Origin: Octopus sinensis
Taxonomy: Eukaryota
Direction of reading: 5' to 3'
Length of the DNA stretch: 64,000 nt
NCBI RefSeq assembly: GCF_006345805.1
Contig: NC_043012.1
Coordinates: 7,316,001 to 7,380,000, forward strand
Numbering within the stretch: position 1 is the stretch's first letter; the number at the start of each line of letters is the position of its first letter. The notes beneath the pieces were generated by a model. The model saw only the letters and a list, made by a program, of their open reading frames with translations. It was not told the origin of the DNA and searched no databases. The position numbers and the translations under genes are program-made. Positions 53,901-64,000 of the stretch are shown here, one piece after another.

Positions 53901-54901
53901 ATCCGAAAATGTATAAAAATGTACAAAAACGGCCAAAAAGCTGGCAGCAATGTGAGTGACAACAACGAAAAAGTCAAAAGTGATCAAACTGAACAAACGA
54001 AAGGAAAAGTTTTTTGATGCACACGACAAAAGTGGTTTATAATAAACCAAGAGTTTGCAAGTAGCGTCCGAGGACCGTTAGGGTACGTCAAAAATGAAGG
54101 TAAAACGTTTGGGGTGGTAGTTATAAAGAAAGTTTAAAAACCAAAAAGTATTCGAATAACTTGCGGCTGCAGCAGCTATTAGCAGAAGTGGCGGTGTCGG
54201 GGGTAAAGTCTCGAATGTAATTTCTTCCTGGTAGGAATTGGTTGGATCGAATTATCGATAGCTAAAAAGGTCAAGTTGCGTCCCCTAGACAGTCTGGTTT
54301 GTGTTTAATACACAAATTTGTTTGCTATGTGTGCCACATATGATTAAATTAACCGATTTTTTCCAATAATGTATCCTATGGAATAAAAAGGGCTATATAG
54401 CTCCTTGGAGCAGACATGATGCTCGTTGTGAAAAAAAAAAAGATTCCTGCCATTTGTGAAAGATATTGTCGAAAATATGTCATCTTGAATTTGAACGCGA
54501 TTTCCCAAAATGGCATGATTTTATCGATTGTTTCTGATGGTAAGGTATTGCATGGAAAACTAACGTCAGAATTGAGTTTCTTAGGGTAACATTAAGCTTC
54601 ACCATGAGTTTGGTGAAAATCGATTGCAAGTTGTGAAAACTACCATAGATAATGCGTTGCATAAAAAAAGCTTAGATTCTCGAGTTGCGTCCCCTAGACA
54701 GTCTGTGGTTCATGTTTATGATTCTCGACCCCATGTCGAATTTATCAATTTTTTTCAGAACTGCGTTAGTTTTGAATTATGACATTGGGCTATGTGTGTG
54801 TCAAGTTTCATCAGAATCGGTTGAAAGCTGTGGTCAGGGTGAGGGTACGAGAAAACAGACACACAGAAGCACGCACAGACAAACTGCCGTTTATATATAG
54901 A

Positions 54902-55282
54902 CTAGCAGTATCGCCCGGCGTTGCTCAGGTTTGTAAGGGAAATAACTATAAAGCATTTTTAGAGAGTTATAGCCAAAAAACAGCAAACAAATGGAAAAAA
55001 AATGATGGTAAATTTTTTTTTGAGAGTAAAAAAAGGTTGAGTTGCGTCCCCTAGACAGTCTGTGGTTTGTTTTTTTTGATTCTCGACCCCATGTCGAATT
55101 TATCGATTTTTTTCAGAACTGGGGGAACTTTTCAAAATTTTCGCTGCGTTAGTTTTGAATTATGACATTGGGCTATGTGTGTGTCAAGTTTCATCAGAAT
55201 CGGTTGAAAGCCGTGGTCAGGGTGAGGGTACGAGAAAACAGACACACAGAAACACGCACAGACAAACTGCCGTTTATATAGA
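54902..55282 (-). mobile_element. Non-autonomous Helitron (381 bp), head-to-tail with the autonomous copy
   Basis: A|TCTATATAAACGG at 55,282; 3' gagcaacgccgggcgatactgCTAG at 54,902 abuts the TC at 54,901. Confidence 0.9.
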
Positions 55283-55284
55283 TA

Positions 55285-55338
<54 letters not shown>

Positions 55339-55354
55339 GTATATGTTATGTATA

Positions 55355-55425
<71 letters not shown>

Positions 55426-55627
55426 ATTTTATTTTACTTGTTTCAGTCATTTGGAAGTGGCCATGCTGGAGCACCGCCTTTAGTCGAGCAAATCGATCAG
55501 GCCGTCAAGAAGGCTATCCATATGCTAGAAATAGCAGCCAAAGCTAACGAAAGTACGATAAAATAAGTCCAACAATGGTTGTAATTTTTATTCTTGGTTA
55601 AGATTTTTAACATTAGTTCACTCGATT

Positions 55628-55799
55628 AGCTGTGTAGCAAATGAATTATTGTCTAACTCTGACAGCCGTAAATGAGCAGGTAATACGACTGGGATAATCA
55701 CAACTATTATCTAAGTACAAGGGTTAGGTAATCACAGGGTGATTTGGTTGCTATTTCTAGGATACTGAGCAACAATGTAGCGGCACTCTCTCTCTGACT

Positions 55800-55830
<31 letters not shown>

Positions 55831-57360
55831 GTATGTATGTATGTATGTTTCTATGTATGTGTGTATGTATGTATGTGCGTGTGTGTGTGTGTCTGTCTGT
55901 CTTTGTGTATATGTTAATTTATCGACCCCGAAGGATGAAAGGCAAAGTCGACCTCGGCGGAATTTGAACTCAGACAGTAGCGGCAGACAACGTACCTATT
56001 TCTTTATTACCCACAATGAGCTAAACACCCAGAAGACAAACAAAGACAGACAAAGGTATTAAGTCGATTATATTGACCCCAGTGCGTAACTGGTACTTAT
56101 ATAATCGACCCCGAACGAATGAAAAGCAAGGCCGACCTCGGCGGAATTTGAACTCAGAGCGGAGCGGCAGACAAAATACCTATTTCTTAACTACCCACAA
56201 GGGGCTAAACGCACAGGGGACAAACAATGACAGACATACTGATTAAGGCGATTATATCGACCCCAGTGCGTAACTGGTATTTTAGTTATCGACCCTGAAA
56301 TGATGAAAGGCAAAGTCGACCTCGGCGGAATTTGAACTCAGGACGTAACCGCAGACGTAATATACCTATTTCTTTACTACCCACAAGGGGCTAAACATAG
56401 AGGGGACAGACAAACGGATTAAGTCGATTACATCGACCCCCAGTGCGTAACTGGTACCCAAATTATCGACCCTGAAATGATGAAAGGTAAAGTCGACCTC
56501 GGCGGAATTTGAACTCAGAACGTACGACAGACGAAATACCTATTTCTTTACTACCCACAAGTGGCTAAACACAGAGGGGACAAACAAGGACAGACAAATG
56601 GATTAAGTCGATTACATTGACTCCAGTGCGAAACTGGTACTTTATTTATCGACCCTGAAATGATGAACGGCAAAGTCGACCTCGGTGGAACTTGAACTCA
56701 GAACGTAATAGCAGACGAAATACCTATTTCTTTACTACCCACAAGGGGCTACACACAGAGGGGACAAACAAGGACAGACAAAGGGATTAAGTCGATTACA
56801 TCGACTCCAGTGCGCAACTGGTACTTTATTTATCGACCCTGCAATGACTAGGTAAAGTCGACCTCGGCGAAATTTGAACTCAGAACATAACAGCAGACGA
56901 AATACCTCTTTCTTTACTACCCACAAGGGGCTACACACAGAGGGGACAAACAAGGACAGACAAAGGGATTAAGTCGATTACATCGATTACAGCTGTGTAG
57001 TAAATTAATTATTGTCTAACTCTGACAGCCGTAAATGAGCAGGTAATACGACTGGGATAATCACAACTATCATCTATGTACAAGGGTTAGGTAATCACAG
57101 GGTGATTTGGTTGCTATTTCTAGGATACTGAGCAACAATGTAGCGGCACTCTCTCTCTGACTTATGTATGTATGTATGTATGTTTCTATGTATGTATGTA
57201 TGTATGTGCGTGTGTGTGTGTGTCTGTCTGTCTTTGTGTATATGTTAATTTATCGACCCCGAAGGATGAAAGGCAAAGTCGACCTCGGCGGAATTTGAAC
57301 TCAGACAGTAGCGACAGACAACGTACCTATTTCTTTATTACCCACAATGGGCTAAACACC
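55628..57360. repeat. Local duplication: 55,628-56,029 repeated at 56,991-57,360
   Basis: agctgtgtag...ctctgacagccgtaaatgagcagg...ctaaacacc is present twice, offset ~1.35 kb. Confidence 0.85.
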
Positions 57361-57369
57361 GTACTTATT

Positions 57370-57408
<39 letters not shown>

Positions 57409-57418
57409 TGTGTGTGTG

Positions 57419-57454
<36 letters not shown>

Positions 57455-57950
57455 GTGTAGGGTAGCGGCAGACGAAATACCTATTTCTTTACTACCCACA
57501 AGGGGCTAAACACAGGGGGGAAAAACAAGGACAGACAAACGGATTAAATCGATTATAATGACCCCAGTGCGTAGTAACCGGTACTTAATTTATCGACCCC
57601 GAAGGATGGAAGTCAAAGTCGACCTCGGCGGAATTTGAACTCAGACCGTAGTGGCAGACAACATACCAATTCCTTTACTACCCGCAAGGGGTTAAACACC
57701 GAGAAGACAAGCAACGACAGACATAAGTATTAAGTCGATTATATTGACCGCAGTGCGTAACTGGTACTTATTTAATCGACCCCGAAAGAATGAAAAGCAA
57801 GGTCGACCTCGGGGGAATTTGAACACAGAGCGTAGCGGCAGACAAAATACCTATTTCTTTACTACTCACAAGAGGCTAAACACAGAGGGGACAAACAAGG
57901 ACAGACATACGGCGATTATATCGACTCCAGTGCGTAACTGGTACATATAT
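55915..57950 (-). repeat. Tandem array of headless SINE-B-derived ~183-bp units (~10 copies in two runs)
   Basis: atcgacccc/tgaa recurs near 55,919, 56,103, 56,287, 56,463, 56,646 and 56,830, then 57,250, 57,590 and 57,774. Units keep the B-box-like segment and lack the A-box head. Confidence 0.85.
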
Positions 57951-58557
57951 ATATATGTGTGTGTATATATATATATGTAGATGTATATATATATATATAT
58001 ATAACAAGATAAAGATTTTTATTTTTCATGGACTTCAAAATTTGCCAGAAAATAATGGATCGTGCCAAGATTTTGTTGCTACTTCTAGCATGTAGAGATT
58101 ACCTGTTAAAGCGTAATTTTCTATTTTGAAATATCTATATATCTATATATTTACTACCCACAAGGGGCTAAACATAGAGGGGACAAACAAGGACAGACAA
58201 AGGGATTAAGTCGATTACATCGACCCAAGTGCGAAACTGGTACATATATATATTCTTTTATTCTTTTCTTTTACTTGTTTCAGTCATTTGACTGCGGCCA
58301 TGCTGGAGCACCGCCATTAGTCGAACAACTCGACCCCGGGACTTATTCTTTTGCAATCCCAGTACTTATTCTATCGGTCTCTCTTGCCGATCGGGGACAT
58401 AAGCACACCAGCATCGGTTGTCAAGCAATGCTAGGGGACAAACACAGACACACAAATACACACTCAGTGGGACTGAACCCGCAACCATGTGGTTGGTAGA
58501 CAAGCTACTTACCACACAGACACTCCTGCGCCTATATATATGTACATATATATATAT

Positions 58558-58610
<53 letters not shown>

Positions 58611-58964
58611 TTATATATTTATGTATATTATATATATATTATATATATATATATTTATATATATATATCATATATATATATATATCTATATATCTATTAT
58701 CTATACATATGTGTGTGTGTGTATATATATATATGTAGATTATATATATATATACATATATAAAAAAATAAAGGTCTTTATTTTTCATGTACTTCAAAAT
58801 TTGCCAGAAAATAATGGATCGTAGCAACCTTTGCTGCTATTTCTAGCACGTAAAAATTGCCTGTTAAAGGGTAATTTTCTATTTTGAAATATATATATAC
58901 ATATATATATTTATATATATATATATAATATATATATTTAAATATATCTATATATCTATATATC

Positions 58965-59002
<38 letters not shown>

Positions 59003-59181
59003 CATATGTATGTCTCTCTCTCTCTCTCTGTCTTTTACGCTCTCTCTCTCTGTCTGTATTTAACTCACTATATAACATATAAGTTTCTCTCTCTCTCAAT
59101 ATAAAACTATTTTTCTCTATTATTACCCGTTGCTAAGCAACTCAGGGAAAAGGTGTGTGCGTGTGTGACTGTATTTTCAAT

Positions 59182-59212
<31 letters not shown>

Positions 59213-60292
59213 GTGTGTGTGTTTGTCTGCGTGTATTTTTAAAATCATCCGATTATCGCTGACTTGAAATATACATTTCATTTCGTTTGCCATTGTAAAG
59301 TCAGATTGTATCTGAGACAGAATTGAAAATGCAAAGTTTCTGTTGACAGGATACCTGAATTTTCTGTATCTTTTGCTGACCCACCCCACTCACGCCATTT
59401 AATTTCATCAGTACTTAAGGCCTTCTTCTCTCTCTCTGTCTACCCCTCTCTCTCTGTCTACCTCTCTCTCTCTGTCTGTCTGTCTGTCTGTATTTAACTC
59501 ACTATATAACATATAGGTTTCTCTCTCTCTCTTAATATAAAACTATTCTTCTCTATTATTACCCGTTGCTAAGCAACTCAGGGAAAAGGTGTGTGCGTGT
59601 GTGATTGTGTTTTCAATTGTGTGTGTGTATGTGTGCTTTTGTGCCTTTCGACACCAGTGCGTGCGTAACGATACACACAAACCTCCACAAACATAAACGC
59701 ACAAAATTGAAAAAACACAGTTACACACTCAAACACTCGCACACAGAAACGAAAATACACACGCACACTCACACTCACACACGCACACATACATACAGAC
59801 AAACACCACACACACACACACACACACAAAAATGAAAATACACAGTTACACACTCACACGCACACACTAGAGCGCACACACACACGCACACGCACAAGCA
59901 ATGAACTGGAAACGCGCGCACGCAGACACAGAAAGGAAAGCACACATATGTGTGTGTGTGTGTGTGTGTGTATTTATAAATAGATTTTGTAGATGGAAAC
60001 TGAAAGAAGCCCATCGTATATAAATGTATACATATATGTGTGTGTGTGAGTGTGTGTGTCTGTTTGTCCCCCTTCAACATCGCTTGACAACCGATGCTGG
60101 GGTGTTTACATCCCCGTCAATTAGCCGCTTGGTAAGAACGCTAGGCTTGAAAAGAATAAGTCTTGGGATCGATTTGCTCGACTAAAGGCGGTGCTCCAGC
60201 ATGGCCACAGTCAGATGACTGAAACAAGGAAATAAAACATATATATATATATATGTATATGTTTATGTATATTATGTATATGTTACGTATAT

Positions 60293-60398
<106 letters not shown>

Positions 60399-60410
60399 TA
60401 TATATATATA

Positions 60411-60755
60411 GGCGCAGGAGTGGCTGTGTGGTAAGTGGCTTGCTAACCAACCATTTGGCTCCGGGTTCAGTCCCACTGCGTGGCATCTTGGGCAAGTGTC
60501 TTCTGCTATAGCCCCGGGTCGACCAATGCCTTGTGAGTGGATTTAGTAGACGGAAACTGAAAGAAACCTGTCGTATATATGTATATAGACTTAGGGGTGG
60601 CTGTGTGGTAAGTAGCTTGCTAACCAGCCACATGGCTCCGGGTTCAGTCCCACTGCGTGGCATCTTGGGCAAGTGTCTTCTGCTATAGCCCCGGGCCGAC
60701 CAATGCCTTGTGAGTGGATTTTGTAGACGGAAACTGAAAGAAGCCTGTCGTATAT
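60411..60755 (+). mobile_element. Two tandem 5' halves of SINE family A
   Basis: 60,411-60,580 and ~60,594-60,755 share tggctgtgtggtaag...gggttcagtcccactgcgtggc...actgaaagaa. Confidence 0.85.
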
Positions 60756-60782
60756 ATGTATATATATATATGTATATATTTA

Positions 60783-61000
60783 TCTCTTATTATAAAAGGT
60801 AGATTTTATCTGCCTCCCTTTGTCAGTTATAGAAATCTACAATATAGGATTTCTTCAATTACAATTTACCTAGCATTTTTAAGAGTAGAATGCATCGGTA
60901 TTTGCCAGGTCCGGTTTTTAAAATTTCAACCCCAATTAAGCAAAATTTAGAGAAAACTCACATTCTGGTGTATATGTCAAATGCTTTTCTTAATTTGGGT
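60783..61000 (+). mobile_element. Possible 5' fragment of another non-autonomous Helitron
   Basis: A|TCTCTTATTATAAAAGGTAGATTTTATCTG resembles Helitron 5' ends; no hairpin-CTAG 3' end found. Confidence 0.35.
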
Positions 61001-61248
61001 TACAGCACACGCAAACGCACACACACAGTGTGCAACGAATAAACTGAAACTAATTCACTGTGTGTTGACAGGTAGACAATAGAATGCGATGGCGATGTAA
61101 TATTTGTTTCTGTCTATGACGCTGATAGATACATGAGTAAAATGTATGGGAAGCTAACAGATAAGAGTGAGTGAAAATGTTCTTGGAAGAGAGTAAATAG
61201 CGAGAGTGTGATTTGAGGAAGACTTTACATTAAATAACCGTAGTGGCT

Positions 61249-61280
<32 letters not shown>

Positions 61281-61284
<4 letters not shown>

Positions 61285-61548
61285 CATAAGACAGTAAGGT
61301 GTGATTTGAGGGAGATTTGGCTGCTATTTCTACCATGTCTAGCTGCCATGTAGGGGTCTCCCTCATAGGCTCATACATACATATATACATAGATAAGACA
61401 GTAAGGTGTGATTTGGGGGAAATTTGGCTGCTATTTCTACCAGGTCTAGCTACCATGTAGAGGTCCCCCTCATTGGCTCATATATATATACATACATAAG
61501 ACAATGAGGTGTGATTTGAGGGAGATTTGGCTGCTGTTTCTACCAGGT
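61281..61548. repeat. ~105-110-bp tandem repeat, ~2.5 copies
   Basis: ataagacagtaaggtgtgatttg(a/g)ggga(g/a)atttggctgctatttctacca recurs three times. Confidence 0.8.
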
Positions 61549-62246
61549 CTGTTAGGCCTTCTCATGTAAACTCAAGCTTTCTCATGCCTTGAACATAAGA
61601 TCAAAGCAGAGAATGTATTCTTTTATTCTTCTGCTTTTTCAAGCCATTGGTCCGTGGCCATGCTGGGGCAATGCCTTAAAGAATTGTAGTTTAAATAAGT
61701 ATAAAAATGTATGTATTAATACTAGTACATGCACATATACATACATCTCTGCGGGACTTCATAATTTGCCAGAAAATAATGGATCGTGCCAAGATTTTGC
61801 TGCTACTTCTAGCATGTAGAAATTACCTGTTAAAGCGTAATTTTCTATTTTGAAATATCTATATATCTATATATTTACTACCCACAAGGGGCTAAACATA
61901 GAGGGGACAAACAAGGACAGACAAAGGGATTAAGTCGATTACATCGACCCAAGTGCGAAACTGGTACATATATTCTTTTATTCTTTTCTTTTACTTGTTT
62001 CAGTCATTTGACTGCGGCCATGCTGGAGCACCGCCATTAGTCGAACAACTCGACCCCGGGACTTATTCTTTTGCAATCCCAGGACTTATTCTATCGGTCT
62101 CTCTTGCCGATCGGGGACATAAGCACACCAGCATCGGTTGTCAAGCAATGCTAGGGGACACACAAATACACACTCAGTGGGACTGAACCCGCAACCATGT
62201 GGTTGGTAGACAAGCTACTTACCACACAGCCACTCCTGCGCCTATA

Positions 62247-62320
<74 letters not shown>

Positions 62321-62539
62321 ATATATCTATATATCTATATATCTATACATATGTGTGTGTGTGTATATATATATATGTAGATGTATATATATATACATAT
62401 ATAAAAAGATAAAGGTCTTTATTTTTCATGGACTTCAAAATTTGCCAGAAAATAATGGATCGTAGCAATCTTTGCTGCTATTTCTAGCATATTAAAATTG
62501 CATGTTAAAGGGTAATTTTCTATTTTGAAATATATATAC

Positions 62540-62570
<31 letters not shown>

Positions 62571-62606
62571 TGTATGTATGTATGTATGTATGTATGTATG
62601 TATGTA

Positions 62607-62649
<43 letters not shown>

Positions 62650-63627
62650 GCGTGTGCGTGTGTGTGTCTGTGTGTGTGTTTGTCTGCGTGTATCTTTAAA
62701 ATCTTCCGATTTTTGGTGACATATGAAATAGACATTTGGTTTTGTAACCGAAAAATGAAGCGAAAGAGGTTTAGCTACTGTAGCGTTCGATTGTATCTTT
62801 TGCAGACAAACTGAACGACTCCATTTAATTTCATCAGAAAGTTACTTAAGATCTTCTTCTCTCTGTCTGTCTGTCTGTCTCTCTCTCTGTCTTTTACGCT
62901 CTCTCTCTGTCTGTATTTAACTCACTATATAACATATGAGTTTCTCTCTCTCTCAATATAAAACTATTTTTCTCTATTATTACCCGTTGCTAAGCAACTC
63001 AGGGAAAAGGTGTGTGCGTGTGTGACTGTATTTTCAATTGTGTGTGTGTGTATGTGTGCGTTTGTGCCTTTCGACACCAGTGCGTGCGTAACGACACACA
63101 CACAAACGCCCACATACATACACACAAAATTGAAAATGCACAGTTACACACTCAAACACTCACACACAGAAACGAAAATACACACGCACACATAAATAAA
63201 AACAGTCACACATACACACTGAAATGAAAATACTCACACACACTCACATCACACTCACACACATGCACACATGCATACGGACAAACAACCCACACACACA
63301 CACAAAAAAAGGAAAATACACAGTTACACACTCACACACACACGCTCACACGCATACACTAGCGCACACACACACACACACACACACGTACAAGTAATGA
63401 ACTGGAAACACGCGCGCACGCAGACACAGAAATGAAAACACACATATGTGTGTGTGTTTGTGTGTGTGTATGTATGAATAGATTTGGTTGATGGAAACTG
63501 AAAGAAGCCCATCGTATATAAATGTATACATATATGTGTGTGTGAGTGTGTGTGTCTGTTTACCCCCCTCCCCCCTCCAACATCGCTTGACAAGAACCGC
63601 TAGGGTTAAAAATAATGTCTTGGGATT

Positions 63628-63787
63628 GATTTGCTCGACTAAATGCGGTGCTCCAGCATGGCCACAGTCAAATGACTGAAACAAGGAAAATCAAAACATA
63701 TATATATATATATATGTTCTTTTATTTTACTTGTTTCAGTCATTTGACTGTGGCCATGCTGGAGCACCGCATTTAGTCAAGCAAATC
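63628..63787. repeat. 58-bp inverted repeat of SINE-A tails around a (TA)n spacer
   Basis: 63,628-63,685 vs 63,730-63,787: 57/58 complementary. Confidence 0.92.
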
Positions 63788-64000
63788 GATCAGGCCTTCA
63801 AGAAGGCTGTCCATATGCTAGAAATAGCAGGCAAAGTCGACCTCGGCGGAATTTGAACTCAGAGCGTAGCGGCAGCCGAAATACCTATTTCTTTACTACC
63901 CATAAGAGGCTAAACACAGAGGGGACAAACAAAGACAGACATACGGATTAAGGCGATTATATCGACGCCATTGCGTAACTGGTACATATATATATATATA

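Larger units (their letters stand above)
48773..54901 (-). mobile_element. Full-length autonomous-type Helitron (6,129 bp)
   Basis: Minus-strand 5' TCTATATATAAACGG at 54,901; 3' hairpin CCCGG-GCAACG-CCGGG then ctatgctgCTAG|T at 48,773; encodes RepHel domains in canonical order. Confidence 0.95.

Noticed and set aside
59115-59150. Helitron-like 3' hairpin gttgc-taa-gcaac (also ~59,550 and ~62,970)
   Set aside because: No CTAG terminus or matching 5' end; at most a decayed remnant carried by the local duplication.

Overview
This is AT-rich, microsatellite- and SINE-dense eukaryotic DNA. The repeat repertoire suggests an octopod cephalopod (my inference, no search run). I cannot support any host protein-coding gene. 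The window has four zones. (1) 1-12.8 kb: tRNA-type SINEs, simple repeats, a TIR MITE, a short non-autonomous Helitron and a 100-N gap. It also holds two unrelated ~400-bp foldback elements, each with a type I hammerhead-ribozyme-like motif at the hairpin apex; this is the best candidate for an undescribed system. (2) 12.87-48.5 kb: a 35.6-kb CpG-rich block with tiered subrepeats (~233 bp, ~223 bp), a 32.7-kb tandem array of a ~119-bp monomer (~270-280 copies estimated from length) and a short flank related to the left tier. The monomer has a GNRA-type hairpin, 11 CpG and an A-tract; the array shows ~2.4-kb higher-order duplications and one 98-bp micro-inversion. (3) 48,773-55,282: a full-length minus-strand Helitron (frameshifted RepHel), joined head-to-tail (CTAG|TC) to a 381-bp chimeric non-autonomous Helitron. 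(4) 55.3-64 kb: local duplications and tandem headless SINE units, including an empty-site paralogue of the Helitron insertion. All coordinates and alignments were read by eye.
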